A stretch of DNA of 64,000 nucleotides from an uncultured Actinomycetota bacterium (GTDB lineage: Bacteria > Actinomycetota > Actinomycetes > Mycobacteriales > Mycobacteriaceae), in assembly GCA_963733755.1 (NCBI GenBank), contig CAVTEZ010000008.1, positions 48,328-112,327 of the forward strand, given 5' to 3'. Each line of letters begins with the position of its first letter. Positions within the stretch are counted from its first letter, which is position 1. Below, one piece after another: positions 8,967 through 21,363 of this stretch. Below the pieces are notes generated by a model, which saw only the letters and a list, made by a program, of their open reading frames with translations, made no database searches and had not been told where the DNA came from. The translations under genes and the position numbers were made by a program.

Positions 8967-10079
8967 CTAGTAGCGGCGGGCGTCGTAGATCGGGCCCGAG
9001 GAGTTCATCGGCACTACCCGCACCGGCACGCCGTAGGTGGAGGAATGGACCATCAGGCCGTCACCGATATAGAGGCCGGCGTGCGATGCGTCGGAGTAGA
9101 ACGTCAGCACGTCACCGGGCTGCAGATCGGACAGCGACACCGGCTGTCCGCCGTGCGCCAGCGCCTGGCTGGAGTGCGGCAGCGCGATGCCGGCCTGCTG
9201 GAACGCCCACATCACCAGGCCCGAGCAGTCGAATCCGCCCGGCGCGGCCCCACCCCACGAGTAGGGGTCACCGACGCGAGTGAGCGCGGCCTGGACAGCG
9301 ATCGCACCCTGGCCGGAACCGGGTCCGGCGCCCGGTCCGGGAGCACCCGGCTGCCCGCCGTCAGGCGGCAACCCTTCGGGAGAGGGAGCGGCGGCCGGGG
9401 GTGATGGGACGGGCCCGGGAGCGGCCAAGGCGGTGCGCTCGGGCGGGCTAAGAGCCAGATACTGCGACTTGACGATGGCGATCTGTAGCTGCAACCGGCT
9501 CTGCTTGGACTGCAGGCTCGCACGCACCGCCGTCGCCTGCTCCGCTGCGGTCTTGGCGGCGGCAGCCGATTTCGCGGACTCGTTCTCGGCCTGGGCGGCT
9601 TGCTCACGGCTCGCGCGATAGTTGGCCATCTGCGCGAGCATCGTCGTGGAGATGACCCGCTGCACGGACAACTTGCCGATCAGCTGCTGCGGCGACTCGG
9701 CGGTCATGATCGCGTTCATGCCGTCGGTACGGCCACCCATATACATCGCTGCCGCAAACTTGTCGACGCTAGCCTGGAAGGTTGCCAGTCGCGATTTCGC
9801 CGCATCGGCGGCCGCGTCGTCGTCGGCGTGCTTCTTTTCGGCGGTCCGCTGTGCGGCCAGCTTGTTGTTGAGATCGAGCTGGGCGCTGTGCATCGCTTCG
9901 GTAGTCTGCTCGGCCTGTCGAGACAACTCGTTGAGCTTTGCCATCGCGTCATTGGCTGGGTCGGCCAGCACATCGCTGGCGGCTACCCCGGACAGTGCAA
10001 CTAGTCCGGCTAGCGCTAGGACGGCAAAGCGCATAGCGACGCGCAAAGACACACAGCCACCGTTTAGCGTTGTCCGCAA
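8967..10079 (-). CDS. ripC: NlpC/P60 peptidoglycan endopeptidase RipC (Rv2190c-like); start may be slightly downstream
   Basis: Signal peptide, coiled-coil, Pro-rich linker, then GDPYSWGG..FDCSGLVMWAF..HAGLYIG. Confidence 0.88.
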   Translation of the reverse strand: MRTTLNGGCVSLRVAMRFAVLALAGLVALSGVAASDVLADPANDAMAKLNELSRQAEQTTEAMHSAQLDLNNKLAAQRTAEKKHADDDAAADAAKSRLATFQASVDKFAAAMYMGGRTDGMNAIMTAESPQQLIGKLSVQRVISTTMLAQMANYRASREQAAQAENESAKSAAAAKTAAEQATAVRASLQSKQSRLQLQIAIVKSQYLALSPPERTALAAPGPVPSPPAAAPSPEGLPPDGGQPGAPGPGAGPGSGQGAIAVQAALTRVGDPYSWGGAAPGGFDCSGLVMWAFQQAGIALPHSSQALAHGGQPVSLSDLQPGDVLTFYSDASHAGLYIGDGLMVHSSTYGVPVRVVPMNSSGPIYDARRY

Positions 10080-10210
10080 AAGTTTGCTTCCTTAAAACCC
10101 GCCGGCGTAACAGCCGAATCTGCTTTAGGTCTCAGATAGGTTACGAAACGGCGTCGAGCTTGTCCAACTCTGAGTTGTTAAGAAAATAGCAAGATTTCAA
10201 GCTAACGCCG

Positions 10211-10462
10211 TTAGGCGACCCCGGGCCGCTGGCGGTGAATGGGCACCAAACGCAGTCTCGGTGCCATTCCCGCGTCGGCAAGGACTTCCAGCGCGGCCCG
10301 CTCGTCTTCCAGCAAAGTTTCCGGTACCCCGAGTATCACGCTGACGACACAGTCGCGACATCCGGGACCGCGTACCGCGCAGTCGTCACAGTCGATGACC
10401 ACCGGTTCTGTCGACTCAGGCGGAACTGCCGCCGCCCATTCAGGTTCGCTGTAATGCGCCAT
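10211..10462 (-). CDS. Small conserved Cys-rich protein (CxxC-x6-CxxC), 83 aa
   Basis: VIDCDDCAVRGPGCRDCVVSVILG...ERAALEVLADAGMAPRLRL. RBS GGAGAGG lies upstream of ATG 10462 and it has its own RecA-NDp-like promoter. Confidence 0.7.
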   Translation of the reverse strand: MAHYSEPEWAAAVPPESTEPVVIDCDDCAVRGPGCRDCVVSVILGVPETLLEDERAALEVLADAGMAPRLRLVPIHRQRPGVA

Positions 10463-10502
10463 TTGACTGGTCCTCTCCGTCTTACTCATCGGCCTTGCCA
10501 TG

Positions 10503-10525
10503 ACGCTAACCGCGGGTACCGACAC
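10503..10525 (-). promoter_or_regulatory. RecA-NDp (PafBC-type) promoter for the small Cys-rich gene
   Basis: Minus strand GTGTCGGTA-cccgcggt-TAGCGT fits tTGTCRgtg-N8-TANNNT. Confidence 0.7.
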
Positions 10526-10574
10526 GTTTCGGCGCTCGCCACCCAGGGCCGACGCGCCGCGAAGAAACCCTGCC

Positions 10575-10597
10575 GTGTCGGTGCGACTGGTTAACGT
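10575..10597 (+). promoter_or_regulatory. RecA-NDp (PafBC-type) promoter for the Rv2191-like nuclease
   Basis: GTGTCGGTG-cgactggt-TAACGT, with ATG at 10605 seven nt downstream (leaderless geometry). Confidence 0.78.
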
Positions 10598-10604
10598 CGC
10601 CCCC

Positions 10605-12485
10605 ATGGGCGCGCCCGCTGCCGAGCAACTGAGCCTCCCCGCTCTCGACGGGGCTGTCGAAATGTCGCTGCGCGAAACCACTTTCGTCGTTGTCGACCTG
10701 GAAACCACCGGCGGCCGCATGACAGCCCGCGACGGGAAGGCCGCTGACGGCATCACCGAGATCGGGGCCGTCAAAGTCCGCGGCGGCGTCGTCCTGGGCG
10801 AGTTCGCCACCCTGGTCGATCCGCAGCGCAGCATTCCGCCGCAGATCGTCCAACTGACCGGAATCACCACCGCGATGGTGTGCGACGCCCCGACCATTTC
10901 CGCGGTGTTGCCGATGTTTCTCGAATTCGCCCGCGGCGCCGTGTTGGTCGCCCACAACGCCAGGTTCGACATGGGATTTCTGCGGGCCGCCGCCGATCAG
11001 TGCGGCATCCGATGGTTACGTCCGCCGACGCTGTGCACCGTCCAGCTGGCCCGGCGGGTGCTCAGCCGCGAAGAGGCGCCGAGTGTGCGGCTGGCGGCCC
11101 TGGCCCGGCTATTCGCCGTCGCCAGCGAGCCCACCCACCGGGCGCTCGACGATGCCCGGGCCACCGTCGAGGTGCTGCACGCGTTGATCGAACGAGTTGG
11201 CAATCAGGGCGTGCACACCTTTGCTGAGCTGCGGTCCTATCTGCCCGATGTGTCACCGGCGCAGCGTCGCAAACGGGTGCTCGCCGAAGGCTTGCCGCGC
11301 CGGCCCGGGGTGTACCTGTTTCGCGGGCCGGGCAACGAGGTGCTTTACGTCGGTACCGCAATCAATTTGCGGCGCAGGGTAAGTCAGTACTTCAACGGCT
11401 CGGATCAGCGCATCAGGATCAAAGAGATGGTCACGCTGGCCGGCTCTGTCGAGCACATCGAATGCGCGCACGCGCTGGAAGCCGGCGTGCGGGAGCTGCG
11501 GATGCTTGCCGCGCATGCCCCGCCGTACAACCGCCGGTCCAAATTCCCGCACCGCTGGTGGTGGGTGGTGTTGAGCGACGAGGCATTCCCCCGCTTTTCG
11601 GTGGTGCGCATGCCACGGCACGACCGCGCGCTCGGCCCGTTCCGGTCCCGTGCCGACGCCGCCGACACCGCACACCTGCTGGCGCGCTTCACCAGTGTGC
11701 GCAGCTGCACCAAGCGGCTGGCCCGCTCGGCGCGGCACGGGCCGGCCTGCCCGCGGCACGAGGTGTCGCCATGTCCGGCCGAACGCGATGTGACGGCGGC
11801 CCAATACGCCCCGGCGGCCGGTCGCGCTGCGGCGCTGATCGATGGCCTGGACAACTCCGTGCTCGCGGCTTGCGTGCAGCGGATCGCCGAGCTCGCCGAC
11901 GGTCAGCGCTACGAGAGCGCTGCGCGGTTGCGCGACCACACCGTGTCCGCGGTCGAGGTGCTTTGGCGCGGTCAGCGCCTGCGCGCACTGGCCGCGCTGC
12001 CGGAGCTGGTGGCCGCCGCGCCCGACGGTGACGGCGGCTGGCAACTCGCCGTCGTCCGGCATGGCCAGCTGGCCGCCGCGGCCACCGCACGCCGCGGGGT
12101 GCCACCGATGCCCGTCGTCGACGCCGTCCGGGCGGGTGCGCAGGTGGTGCTGCCGCAGCCCGCGCCGCTGGGAGGCGCACTGGTCGAGGAGACGGCGCTG
12201 GTCGCCCGCTGGCTGGCCGCCCCGGGTGTGCGCATCGTGTGTGACAGCAGCGAGGAGGGCTGGTGCACGCCGTTGCGGTCCGCGGGGCCGTGGGCCGACT
12301 GGGCCGCATCGGCACGCTCCGCGCGGGTGGCCGCCGAGCAGGCTGTCACCAGCCGTGACTCAGAGCTGCTGACCGAACCGCACCCATCGCGCGAGCAGCT
12401 GTTCGGCCGACCCGCTGTCGATGGCGTCGACGGCCCGGCTCAGCCCGTCCTCCCACGCCGGCAGCCACTCGGCGCGGCTGGATAG
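10605..12485 (+). CDS. DEDD exonuclease fused to UvrC/Cho-like GIY-YIG nuclease (Rv2191-like)
   Basis: [23 protein letters not shown], then PGVYLF..LYVG. Start inferred from promoter position. Confidence 0.88.
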   Translation: MGAPAAEQLSLPALDGAVEMSLRETTFVVVDLETTGGRMTARDGKAADGITEIGAVKVRGGVVLGEFATLVDPQRSIPPQIVQLTGITTAMVCDAPTISAVLPMFLEFARGAVLVAHNARFDMGFLRAAADQCGIRWLRPPTLCTVQLARRVLSREEAPSVRLAALARLFAVASEPTHRALDDARATVEVLHALIERVGNQGVHTFAELRSYLPDVSPAQRRKRVLAEGLPRRPGVYLFRGPGNEVLYVGTAINLRRRVSQYFNGSDQRIRIKEMVTLAGSVEHIECAHALEAGVRELRMLAAHAPPYNRRSKFPHRWWWVVLSDEAFPRFSVVRMPRHDRALGPFRSRADAADTAHLLARFTSVRSCTKRLARSARHGPACPRHEVSPCPAERDVTAAQYAPAAGRAAALIDGLDNSVLAACVQRIAELADGQRYESAARLRDHTVSAVEVLWRGQRLRALAALPELVAAAPDGDGGWQLAVVRHGQLAAAATARRGVPPMPVVDAVRAGAQVVLPQPAPLGGALVEETALVARWLAAPGVRIVCDSSEEGWCTPLRSAGPWADWAASARSARVAAEQAVTSRDSELLTEPHPSREQLFGRPAVDGVDGPAQPVLPRRQPLGAAG

Positions 12486-13448
12486 CCCGGCATGGGCCAC
12501 GATCGCGCCTGCGGCGTTGAGCACGACGGCGTCGCGCACCGGGCCCTTGGCACCTGCCAGCACCGAACGCGCCTCCGCCGCATTGGCGGCTGCGTCACCC
12601 CCCAGCAGCTCGTCGAGGTCGGCGCGCGCGAATCCGAATCCGGCCGGATCGAATTTCAGCTTGTCCACCGTGCCGGCTTGGACCCGCCAGATGGTGCTCG
12701 TCGTGGTGGTGGTCAGCTCGTCGAGGCCGTCGTCACCGTGCACCACCAGCACGCTGGACTGGCGCGCGGCGAAGACACCCGCCATCACCTCGGCCAGCTC
12801 GGCGAACGCGCAGCCAATCAGCCCGGCCCGCGGTCGGCCCGGATTAGTAAGCGGCCCAAGCAAATTGAAGACAGTAGGCACGCCGATCTCGCGCCGTACC
12901 GCCGACGCGTGCCGATATGAGGGATGGAACTGCGGCGCGAAGCAGAACCCGATCCCGACCTCGGCGACACTGCGCGCGACGTCGTTAGGCTGCAGGTCGA
13001 TGCGCACGCCGAGCGCTTCCAACGTGTCGGCCCCGCCGGCCAGCGACGACGACGCCCGATTTCCGTGCTTGACCACCGGAACGCCGCTGGCCGCAACCAC
13101 TATCGCCGCCATCGTCGACAAATTGAAGGTGCTGACTCCGTCGCCACCGGTACCGACTACGTCGACGGTGTCGGTCCCGATCCGCTCGGTAGGCAGCCGA
13201 CGGCCGTGCTGCAGCATCACGTCGGCCAGCTCGGCCACTTCCGCTGCGGTCGGCGCCTTCATCTTCATCGCCACGGCGAAGGCCGCGAGCTGCGCCGGCG
13301 TCGCCGATCCGGTGATGATCTGCTCCATGGCCCAGCCGGCCTGCCCGCGCGGCAGGTCCCGGCCCGCGGTCAACTCATCGAGCACTTGCGGCCACGACAG
13401 CGCAGCCTCCTGAGGCCGTCGAGATGACCCGGACGATGACGCCGCCAC
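12360..13448 (-). CDS. trpD: Anthranilate phosphoribosyltransferase
   Basis: [28 protein letters not shown] and GLDEL motifs. Confidence 0.93.
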   Translation of the reverse strand: MAASSSGSSRRPQEAALSWPQVLDELTAGRDLPRGQAGWAMEQIITGSATPAQLAAFAVAMKMKAPTAAEVAELADVMLQHGRRLPTERIGTDTVDVVGTGGDGVSTFNLSTMAAIVVAASGVPVVKHGNRASSSLAGGADTLEALGVRIDLQPNDVARSVAEVGIGFCFAPQFHPSYRHASAVRREIGVPTVFNLLGPLTNPGRPRAGLIGCAFAELAEVMAGVFAARQSSVLVVHGDDGLDELTTTTTSTIWRVQAGTVDKLKFDPAGFGFARADLDELLGGDAAANAAEARSVLAGAKGPVRDAVVLNAAGAIVAHAGLSSRAEWLPAWEDGLSRAVDAIDSGSAEQLLARWVRFGQQL

Positions 13449-13579
13449 ACCGCAAATGGTCCCACGGCGGCCAGCCGAGCAGCGCAGCCGGGCGCGGGCC
13501 GCGGATCCACATTAATTTCGCGCGCCAAATTGCCGCCCCGGGTGGAGGTCGACAACTACAAAGCGTCATACTTGCGGAT

Positions 13580-14191
13580 GTGACGAGTGCGGTAGGGACC
13601 TCGGGTACAGCAATCACGGCGCGCGTACATTCGCTCAACCGCCCCAACATGGTCAGTGTTGGCACCATAGTTTGGCTTTCCAGCGAACTGATGTTCTTTG
13701 CTGGACTGTTCGCGTTCTATTTCACCGCGCGGGCGCAGGCGGCCGGCAACTGGCCGCCCCCGCCGACCGAGCTGAACCTATATCAGGCCGTGCCGGTCAC
13801 GCTGGTGCTGATCGCCTCGTCGTTCACCTGCCAGATGGGCGTGTTCGCAGCCGAGCGTGGCGACGTGTTCGGGCTGCGCCGCTGGTACCTGCTCACCTTC
13901 GCGATGGGACTGTTCTTCGTCCTCGGTCAGGCCTACGAGTACCACCACCTGATGAGCCACGGGACCACCATCCCCAGCAGCGCTTACGGCAGCGTCTTCT
14001 ACCTGGCCACCGGTTTCCACGGGTTGCACGTCATCGGCGGGTTGATCGCCTTCATCTTCTTGCTGGCTCGCACAACGATGAGCAAGTTCACTCCGGCGCA
14101 AGCGACCGCGTCGATCGTCGTCTCCTATTACTGGCACTTCGTCGACATCGTCTGGATCGCGCTGTTCGCCACGATCTATTTCATCCGTTGA
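13580..14191 (+). CDS. ctaE: Cytochrome c oxidase subunit III
   Basis: MTSAVGTSG...WLSSELMFF...TGFHGLHV...YYWHFVD; 203 aa from GTG 13580. Confidence 0.93.
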   Translation: MTSAVGTSGTAITARVHSLNRPNMVSVGTIVWLSSELMFFAGLFAFYFTARAQAAGNWPPPPTELNLYQAVPVTLVLIASSFTCQMGVFAAERGDVFGLRRWYLLTFAMGLFFVLGQAYEYHHLMSHGTTIPSSAYGSVFYLATGFHGLHVIGGLIAFIFLLARTTMSKFTPAQATASIVVSYYWHFVDIVWIALFATIYFIR

Positions 14192-14220
14192 CCAGCATGC
14201 GTAAGAACAGGAGTGCTCGG

Positions 14221-15054
14221 TTGAAGAAACTGGGGTTGAACCGATCGCTGAGCGATCGGGCGCGCCGCCGCCTGCGTCGCCGGCTGTCGGCCGGGCTGCT
14301 GCTGGTGTTGGCGCTGGTGGTGGCCGGTGGACTGGCCGCCGTCCTGACCCCCAGCCCGCAAGTGGCCGTTGCCGACGAGTCGTCCTCGGCGTTGCTGCGC
14401 ACGGGCAAGCAGCTTTTCGAGACGTCGTGTGTGACCTGCCACGGCGCCAACCTGCAGGGTGTGCCCGACCGCGGGCCCAGCCTGATCGGCGTCGGCGAGG
14501 CCGCGGTCTACTTCCAGGTGTCCAGCGGCCGGATGCCAGCCATGCGTGGCGAGGCGCAGGCAATGCGCAAAGATCCGATTTTCGACGAGTCTCAGATTGA
14601 TGCGCTGGGCGCCTATGTACAGGCCAACGGTGGCGGACCGACCATCGAACGCAATCCCGACGGCAGCATCGCGATGACCTCACTGCGCGGCGGCGACCTG
14701 GGCCGTGGCGGCGACCTGTTCCGGCTCAACTGCTCCTCGTGCCACAACTTCACCGGCAAGGGCGGCGCGCTGTCGTCGGGCAAGTTCGCTCCCGAGTTGG
14801 AGCCCGCCAACGAGCAGCAGATCCTCGACGCGATGCGCACCGGGCCGCAGAACATGCCGAAGTTTTCCGACCGTCAGCTCTCATTCGACGCGAAGAAGGA
14901 CATCATCGCCTACGTGAAAAACGTGACCGAGGCACGTAGTCCGGGCGGCAACGGTCTGGGCGGCTTCGGCCCCGCCCCCGAGGGCATGGTGATCTGGATC
15001 GTCGGAATGGTCGCCGTCATCGGCGCGGCGCTGTGGATTGGGGCGCGATCATGA
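14221..15054 (+). CDS. qcrC: Diheme cytochrome c subunit of the bcc complex
   Basis: Two CxxCH motifs (CVTCH, CSSCH); TTG start inferred. Confidence 0.92.
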   Translation: MKKLGLNRSLSDRARRRLRRRLSAGLLLVLALVVAGGLAAVLTPSPQVAVADESSSALLRTGKQLFETSCVTCHGANLQGVPDRGPSLIGVGEAAVYFQVSSGRMPAMRGEAQAMRKDPIFDESQIDALGAYVQANGGGPTIERNPDGSIAMTSLRGGDLGRGGDLFRLNCSSCHNFTGKGGALSSGKFAPELEPANEQQILDAMRTGPQNMPKFSDRQLSFDAKKDIIAYVKNVTEARSPGGNGLGGFGPAPEGMVIWIVGMVAVIGAALWIGARS

Positions 15055-16220
15055 CCGACGACAGCGGGCAGCCGACCGACGCCGAACTGAACGCCATGTC
15101 GCGCGAGGAACTCGTCGCGCTCGGCGGCCGCCTCGACGGCGTGGAAACCGTTTTCAAAGAGCCGCGCTGGCCGGTTCCCGGCACCAAGGCCGAAAAGCGC
15201 GCCGAGCGCCTGGTAGCCATCTGGCTTTTGCTGGGCGGGTTACTCGGGTTGGCGCTGCTGTTGGTGTTCTTGTTCTGGCCGTGGGAGTACCAACCGAACG
15301 GATCGTCCGGTGAGTTTGCGTACTCGTTGGCCACCCCGCTCTACGGTCTGACGTTCGGGGGGTCCGTGCTGTGCATCGCGATCGGGGCGGTGCTCTTCCA
15401 GAAAAAGTTTATCCCGGAAGAGATTTCGATCCAGGACCGCCACTACGACGCGGCCGGGTCGGATGAGATCGACCGCAAAACCGTCGTCGCTAACCTGACT
15501 GGCGCGTTGGAGGGTTCGACGCTGCGACGCCGCAAGCTAATCGGCCTGTCGCTTGGCGCGGGCCTCGGCGCATTCGGGCTCGGCACTCTGGTTGCGTTTG
15601 CCGGCGGCCTGATCAAGAACCCGTGGAAACCCGTAATCCAGACCGCTGACGGCAAGAAGGCCGTGCTGTGGACCTCGGGCTGGACACCGCGCTTTCACGG
15701 CGAAACCATCTACCTGGCCCGGGCCACCGGCGAGCACCTCAGCGCGCCGTTCATCAAGATGCGCCCCGAGGATCTCGACGCGGGCGGCATGGAAACCGTC
15801 TTCCCCTGGCGCGAATCCGACGGCGACGGCACCACGGTGGAGTCCCACGAGAAGCTCTCAAGAATCCTGGCCGCGGTCCGAAACCCGGTGATGCTGATCC
15901 GTATCAAGGCAGTCGACCTGCCCAAGGTGGTCAAGCGCAAGGGCCAGGAGAGCTTCAACTTCGGCGAGCTGTTCGCCTACACGAAGGTCTGCTCGCACCT
16001 GGGTTGTCCCGCGTCGCTCTACGAGCAGCAGGACTACCGGATCTTGTGCCCGTGTCACCAGTCGCAGTTCGACGCATTGCATTACGCCAAGCCGATTTTC
16101 GGTCCGGCCGCACGCGCGTTGGCGCAACTGCCGATAACAATCGACGCCGATGGGTATCTAGTCGCCAACGGTGATTTCATCGAACCTGTCGGACCGGCAT
16201 TTTGGGAGCGCACAACATGA
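15051..16220 (+). CDS. qcrA: Rieske iron-sulfur subunit
   Basis: CSHLGC and CPCHQS Rieske motifs. Confidence 0.93.
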   Translation: MTDDSGQPTDAELNAMSREELVALGGRLDGVETVFKEPRWPVPGTKAEKRAERLVAIWLLLGGLLGLALLLVFLFWPWEYQPNGSSGEFAYSLATPLYGLTFGGSVLCIAIGAVLFQKKFIPEEISIQDRHYDAAGSDEIDRKTVVANLTGALEGSTLRRRKLIGLSLGAGLGAFGLGTLVAFAGGLIKNPWKPVIQTADGKKAVLWTSGWTPRFHGETIYLARATGEHLSAPFIKMRPEDLDAGGMETVFPWRESDGDGTTVESHEKLSRILAAVRNPVMLIRIKAVDLPKVVKRKGQESFNFGELFAYTKVCSHLGCPASLYEQQDYRILCPCHQSQFDALHYAKPIFGPAARALAQLPITIDADGYLVANGDFIEPVGPAFWERTT

Positions 16221-17902
16221 GTCCAAAACTGAGTCCCCCCAGCGTCGGCGATGTCCTGGCCGGTCAGGGCAACGCCGTCGACTCCCGTTATCACCTGTCG
16301 GCTGCGACACGGCGCCAACTGAACAAGGTCTTCCCGACGCACTGGTCGTTCCTGCTCGGCGAGATCGCGATGTACAGCTTCATCGTGCTGCTGCTGACCG
16401 GCGTCTATCTGACGCTGTTCTTCGACCCCTCCATGCACGACGTCACCTACAACGGCGTCTATCAGCCGCTGCGCGGTGTGGAGATGTCGAAGGCCTACGC
16501 GTCAACGCTCGACATCAGCTTCGAGGTGCGCGGCGGCCTGTTCGTCCGCCAGGTCCACCACTGGGCCGCGCTGATGTTCTCGGCGTCCATCATGGTCCAC
16601 CTGGCCCGCATCTTCTTCACCGGCGCGTTCCGCCGGCCGCGTGAAGCCAACTGGGTCATCGGTTCGCTGCTGCTGATCCTGTCGATGTTCGAGGGCTACT
16701 TCGGCTACTCGCTGCCCGACGACCTGCTGTCCGGTATCGGGCTGCGTGCTGCACTCTCGTCAATCACGATGGGAATGCCGGTGATCGGCACCTGGTTGCA
16801 TTGGGCGCTGTTCGGCGGCGACTTCCCTTGTGGCGGTGCGGGAGACGACTGCACCGCGGCGGGCTACATCATCCCGCGCCTGTACGGGCTGCACATCTTG
16901 CTGTTGCCGGGGATCATTCTGGCGCTGATCGGCGCGCACCTGGCCTTCGTCTGGTTCCAGAAGCACACCCAGTTCCCCGGCCCCGGCCGCACCGAACACA
17001 ACGTCGTCGGCGTACGCGTGATGCCGGTGTTCGCGGTCAAATCCGGTGCGTTCTTCGCCCTGACCACCGGCATTCTGGGCCTGATGAGCGGCCTGCTGCA
17101 GATCAACCCGATCTGGAACCTAGGCCCCTACAAGCCTTCCCAGGTTTCGGCGGGATCGCAGCCGGACTTCTACATGATGTGGACCGAAGGCCTGGCGCGT
17201 ATTTGGCCGGCGTGGGAGTTCTACATCGGCCATCACACCATTCCGGCCGTGGTCTGGGTCGGAATCCTGATGGGCGTGGTCTTCGCCCTGCTGATCGTTT
17301 ACCCATTCTTGGAAAAGCGGTTCAGCGGCGACTACGCCCACCACAACCTGCTGCAGCGTCCCCGCGACGTGCCGGTGCGGACTTCTATCGGCGCGATGGC
17401 CATTGCCTTTTACATGGTGCTCACGCTGTCGGCGATGAACGACGTCCTCGCGCTGAAGTTCCACATCTCGCTGAACGCGACCACCTGGATCGGCCGCATC
17501 GGCATGGTGGTGCTGCCGCCGTTCATCTACTTCATCGCCTACCGGTGGTGTGTGGGTCTACAGCGCAGCGACCGCGCCGTCCTCGAGCACGGTGTCGAAA
17601 CCGGCATCATCAAGCGTCTGCCGCACGGCGCCTACATCGAACTGCACCAGCCGCTGGGCCCGGTCGACGATCACGGCCACCCCATCCCGTTGGAGTACCA
17701 AGGCGCCCCGGTCCCGGTGAAGATGAACAAACTCGGCTCCGGCGGCTCCCCCGGCTCGGGCAGCTTCCTGTACGCCGACCCGGCCGCTGAGGACGCCGCA
17801 TTGTCCGAAGCCCACCACGCCGCCGAACAACGCGCGCTCACCGCTTTGCGCGAGCACCAGGACGGCAGCAACGGCAACGGCTCAACGAACGGCCACCACT
17901 GA
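16217..17902 (+). CDS. qcrB: Cytochrome b subunit of the bcc complex
   Basis: [17 protein letters not shown] and [11 protein letters not shown] motifs. Confidence 0.94.
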   Translation: MSPKLSPPSVGDVLAGQGNAVDSRYHLSAATRRQLNKVFPTHWSFLLGEIAMYSFIVLLLTGVYLTLFFDPSMHDVTYNGVYQPLRGVEMSKAYASTLDISFEVRGGLFVRQVHHWAALMFSASIMVHLARIFFTGAFRRPREANWVIGSLLLILSMFEGYFGYSLPDDLLSGIGLRAALSSITMGMPVIGTWLHWALFGGDFPCGGAGDDCTAAGYIIPRLYGLHILLLPGIILALIGAHLAFVWFQKHTQFPGPGRTEHNVVGVRVMPVFAVKSGAFFALTTGILGLMSGLLQINPIWNLGPYKPSQVSAGSQPDFYMMWTEGLARIWPAWEFYIGHHTIPAVVWVGILMGVVFALLIVYPFLEKRFSGDYAHHNLLQRPRDVPVRTSIGAMAIAFYMVLTLSAMNDVLALKFHISLNATTWIGRIGMVVLPPFIYFIAYRWCVGLQRSDRAVLEHGVETGIIKRLPHGAYIELHQPLGPVDDHGHPIPLEYQGAPVPVKMNKLGSGGSPGSGSFLYADPAAEDAALSEAHHAAEQRALTALREHQDGSNGNGSTNGHH

Positions 17903-17959
17903 CCGCTATCGCGGGTTCAGCAACCCAAGTGGGCCGAGCGGTTTTAGCCGGCCACGGGA

Positions 17960-18586
17960 TCAGGCAGCGAGCATGCCGCGCAGCTGCCGCACGTGTCGCC
18001 AGGGAATCAGCGGCATGGCCAGCGTGATGGCCCCGGCGATCCCGTAACTGGTCCACGAGTAGCCGTCGTGGCCGATCGCCATCGCATAGGTCGCCGTGGC
18101 CACCGCGAGCAGCGCCGCGCCCATGGTGCCCATCAGCGCGACCGTGCCGCGCAGCCAGAATCGGTCCACCACGGCATCCGGCAGCGCCGGCCGCAATGTG
18201 GTCAATCGCTCGGTTGCGCCGGGCGTGGTCGCTGAGCCGGACCTGATCGAACGAGCACTCACAGTACGCGCCGGCGAACCCTCCGATCGCGCGACTGGGC
18301 CGTCCCGGGTGATCCGCCGGGCACGCAGCAGCATCGGAATCGCCGCCAAGATGATCAGCGCGGAGATGATGATGATCGCGTAGAGCACCGACGAGGCGTG
18401 CGGGTTCCCCCTCGCGGCATGGAAACCCCGGCCCAAGTCCGTCAGAGCGACGAGAGCCGCGACGCTCATCCCAACCAGGGCCAGCCAGACGGTGGCGCAT
18501 GACGCGATCAGAATGCGGTCAGACGTCGCAGGCGTTACTTTGCCGCGGACTCCCCAGGCTTGGGACTGTCTGTCCATCATCAGCAA
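17960..18586 (-). CDS. Membrane protein (Rv2197c-like)
   Basis: Four hydrophobic segments, DRILI...WL; synteny. Confidence 0.72.
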   Translation of the reverse strand: MLMMDRQSQAWGVRGKVTPATSDRILIASCATVWLALVGMSVAALVALTDLGRGFHAARGNPHASSVLYAIIIISALIILAAIPMLLRARRITRDGPVARSEGSPARTVSARSIRSGSATTPGATERLTTLRPALPDAVVDRFWLRGTVALMGTMGAALLAVATATYAMAIGHDGYSWTSYGIAGAITLAMPLIPWRHVRQLRGMLAA

Positions 18587-19476
18587 TTGACCTGCGGTTG
18601 GTTGTTTTCGTTGGCCGACAGCACCGTTCCGTCACTGGCAGTGACCTTGCAGTTGAGCTTGCTCAGGCGCAGCAAGCTGGACGCCTCGATCGAGCCGACG
18701 TCAGACGCCGAGATCGGTGTGAGCGTAATCGTCCACGGGATGTAGACGTTGGTCAACGTCCGTCGCATCCCCGAAGCATCGGTGTAGGCGATGGTGATCT
18801 GGTCGAACGGCGCCTTGGTGCCGGTCACCGAATACGTGTACTGCTTGGGCCCGGCGGGTGCTGGCGGCGGCGCCGGTGCCGGCGGAGCCGGAGCGGGTGC
18901 TGGCGCCGGGGCCGGCGCCGGCGCCGGACTGGGCGGAGGCGGCGGTGGAGGTGGAGGCGGCGCCTCACTGGACGACGGCGGCGGAGGCGGTGGTGGCGCA
19001 CTAGACGGCGGCGGAGGCGGCGCGTGCGGCGGCGTTGTGACGATGATCTCGTCCTGCATCGGTGGGGTCGACGCGGGAGCGGTGCTGGGTGTGGCCAACT
19101 TGGTGGTGTCGGTGCGCGCGAACAGCAGCGACACCGAGACTACGAGTGCAATCGCTGCGACGATCGCGGCGATACCGACGATCCACGGCCAGCGGGCCGT
19201 GCTCGCTTCCTCCTCGTGCGGGTCGGCTTCGCCGTAATTGTCGTAGTCGTAGAGGTCCAGTTCGGCGGGCACATAGGGGCCGCTGCTGAAATGCTCGGAC
19301 TCCGGCGCCGAGTAGGCCCGGGAATAGACATCGGTCTGGCCGTCAACGTCGGGCTCCCCCGCCGATGCCGCACCGGATTCGCCGCCGCCCCTGTCGAATT
19401 CGCTCCCGCCTTGGCTGGGCTCGACGCCGGGTTCCAGTTGTTCGGACTCCGGTCCTGGTGGATTCGGCCCGCTCAT
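18580..19476 (-). CDS. mmpS3: MmpS3-like membrane protein with Pro/Ala-rich linker
   Basis: MSGPNPPG...RWPW TM segment...[12 protein letters not shown]...QVNC; synteny with Rv2198c. Confidence 0.85.
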   Translation of the reverse strand: MSGPNPPGPESEQLEPGVEPSQGGSEFDRGGGESGAASAGEPDVDGQTDVYSRAYSAPESEHFSSGPYVPAELDLYDYDNYGEADPHEEEASTARWPWIVGIAAIVAAIALVVSVSLLFARTDTTKLATPSTAPASTPPMQDEIIVTTPPHAPPPPPSSAPPPPPPPSSSEAPPPPPPPPPPSPAPAPAPAPAPAPAPPAPAPPPAPAGPKQYTYSVTGTKAPFDQITIAYTDASGMRRTLTNVYIPWTITLTPISASDVGSIEASSLLRLSKLNCKVTASDGTVLSANENNQPQVNC

Positions 19477-19660
19477 GATCGTCTGTCCTGTTCGACTACG
19501 TCATCGGCGTACGCAGCACCGCAGTTGGGTCGTTGAGCGCGCGCTCCGATGTTCCTCATTGTGCCTCGGCAAACCCTACCCAACCGGATCTCGCATGACA
19601 TTCTGGGCGACCCGGTCACGGATCAACTGACGCCCTGATTGTGACCTTTGCCGACGCCGG

Positions 19661-20080
19661 CTAGTGCTTCTCGGGACCCACGTAGTACTCGAAGACCAGG
19701 CCGGCTGCCGAACTCAGCACGAACACCACACCGGCGGCGATCAACCACGGCAACCATAATGCGATGCCGACGGCCGCCACCGAGCCGGAGAGTGCGATCA
19801 GAATCGGCCACCAGCTGTGCGGGCTGAAGAAGCCCAGTTCTCCTGCGCCGTCGCTGATCTCAGCGCCCTCGTAGTCTTCGGGACGGGTGTCGAGCCGACG
19901 GGCCACGAACCGGAAGAACGTGGCCACGATCAACGCCATGCCGCTGGTCAGCGCCAGCGCGGTGGTACCGGCCCACTCGATGCCGCCAGTGGCGAACAGG
20001 CTGGTCAGCACGCCGTAGAGGATCGTGCAGAAGACGAAGAACGCCGCCACGAATTCGAACAGCCTGGCTTCAATGTGCAT
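19661..20080 (-). CDS. ctaF: Cytochrome c oxidase subunit 4
   Basis: [10 protein letters not shown]...[10 protein letters not shown]...[10 protein letters not shown]. Confidence 0.9.
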   Translation of the reverse strand: MHIEARLFEFVAAFFVFCTILYGVLTSLFATGGIEWAGTTALALTSGMALIVATFFRFVARRLDTRPEDYEGAEISDGAGELGFFSPHSWWPILIALSGSVAAVGIALWLPWLIAAGVVFVLSSAAGLVFEYYVGPEKH

Positions 20081-20089
20081 GGAGTTTCC

Positions 20090-21166
20090 CTACTTACTCG
20101 CCTGCGGCGCGTTCTCGCCGCGGCGGGTGTCGAACGGGTGAGTGGTGACGGCGAGCGGAGACTGCGCAATGGCCTGCAATGCCTGGGCGTTCGTCTTGCC
20201 GGCGATCCGCTGCTGCAGGTAGGCCTTGAAGTCGTTGGGCTGCACGACGCGGACCTCGAAGTTCATCATCGAGTGATAGGTGCCGCACATTTCGGTGCAG
20301 CGACCCACGAATGCACCGGTCCGGTCGATCTTCGCGACCTGGAAGCGGTTGACGGAGTGGTTGGCTGCCGGATCCGGCAGGACGTCGCGCTTGAACAGAA
20401 ACTCCGGCACCCAGAACCCGTGAACCACGTCGGCCGACGCCAGCTCGAACTCGATCCGCTTGCCTGCGGGCAGTACCAGCACCGGAATCTCGGTGCTGGT
20501 GCCGACCGTCTCGACCTTGTCGAAGTTGAGGTAGGTCCGGTCTTCGGTGTTGAGCCCGCGGACCGGGCCGACCAGCTCTTCGCCGCGTTTGTCTTTGCCT
20601 TCGGGCTTGGAGACCATGGCCGCTTTACGCGCCGGGTCGGCTCCGTCGTACTTGAGGGTGCCGTCTTTGAATTCGACCTTCTGGTAACCGAACTTCCAGT
20701 TCCACTGGAACGACGTGACGTCGACGACGACTTCCGGGTCGGACGCCAGGTGCAGCATCTTCTCCTGCACCACCACGGTGAAGTAGAACAGCACCGAGAT
20801 GATGAGGAACGGCGTCACGGTGAGCACCAGCTCCAGCGGCATGTTGTAGCCGAACTGCCGGGGCAGTTCGGTATCGGTGGCCTTCTTGCGGTGGAACGCG
20901 ATCGACCAGAACATCAAGGCCCAGACCAGGACGCCGACCACCAGGGATGCGATCACCGCGCCTATCCACAGCTGCCGGTTCCAGTCACCTTCCTCGGTGA
21001 TCCCCTTTGGCCAGCCCAACGCCATGGCATCCGACCAGCTGCATCCGCTCAGCGACACCGCCAGCAAGCCGAGCATGCCGACGAGCACCGGCCGCCGAAG
21101 CCGACGGAAGCCTGCCGAACGGCTCTTCAACAAGCCCTGCGAACAGCCTGGCCCGCGAGATGTCAC
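20090..21166 (-). CDS. ctaC: Cytochrome c oxidase subunit II
   Basis: Lipobox LSGC and CuA ligands DVVHGFW / [12 protein letters not shown]; GTG start at 21166. Confidence 0.92.
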   Translation of the reverse strand: MTSRGPGCSQGLLKSRSAGFRRLRRPVLVGMLGLLAVSLSGCSWSDAMALGWPKGITEEGDWNRQLWIGAVIASLVVGVLVWALMFWSIAFHRKKATDTELPRQFGYNMPLELVLTVTPFLIISVLFYFTVVVQEKMLHLASDPEVVVDVTSFQWNWKFGYQKVEFKDGTLKYDGADPARKAAMVSKPEGKDKRGEELVGPVRGLNTEDRTYLNFDKVETVGTSTEIPVLVLPAGKRIEFELASADVVHGFWVPEFLFKRDVLPDPAANHSVNRFQVAKIDRTGAFVGRCTEMCGTYHSMMNFEVRVVQPNDFKAYLQQRIAGKTNAQALQAIAQSPLAVTTHPFDTRRGENAPQASK

Positions 21167-21363
21167 GGTCGCGCCTCCCTGAATCACAAGCTGGGCCGAC
21201 ACTGCACTTCCCCCGGTCAAGGGGACTGTCGGCGGACTCGCATGTCGAATACTACGCAGCGTAGACCACGCATGCAGCGGAGCCGTGCGGAGGCCCGCCA
21301 GCCATCGGCGATTGCTCGTGCGGCATCGATGAGCGGCGCCGCTTTGCGGCATACTGAGCGGCG

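Noticed and set aside
10128-10144. GTAAC-N6-GAGAC on the minus strand upstream of ripC as an MtrA/GlnR-type box
   Set aside because: The second half-site is degenerate and such matches are frequent by chance.
12360-12485. 126-bp convergent overlap of the nuclease gene and trpD
   Set aside because: Both frames are open, but tail overlaps of this kind are common in GC-rich genomes and I see no added signal.
18850-19040. GC-rich short repeats in mmpS3 (similar ones in dlaT, 37500-38020)
   Set aside because: They are ordinary Pro/Ala linkers expected in these proteins.
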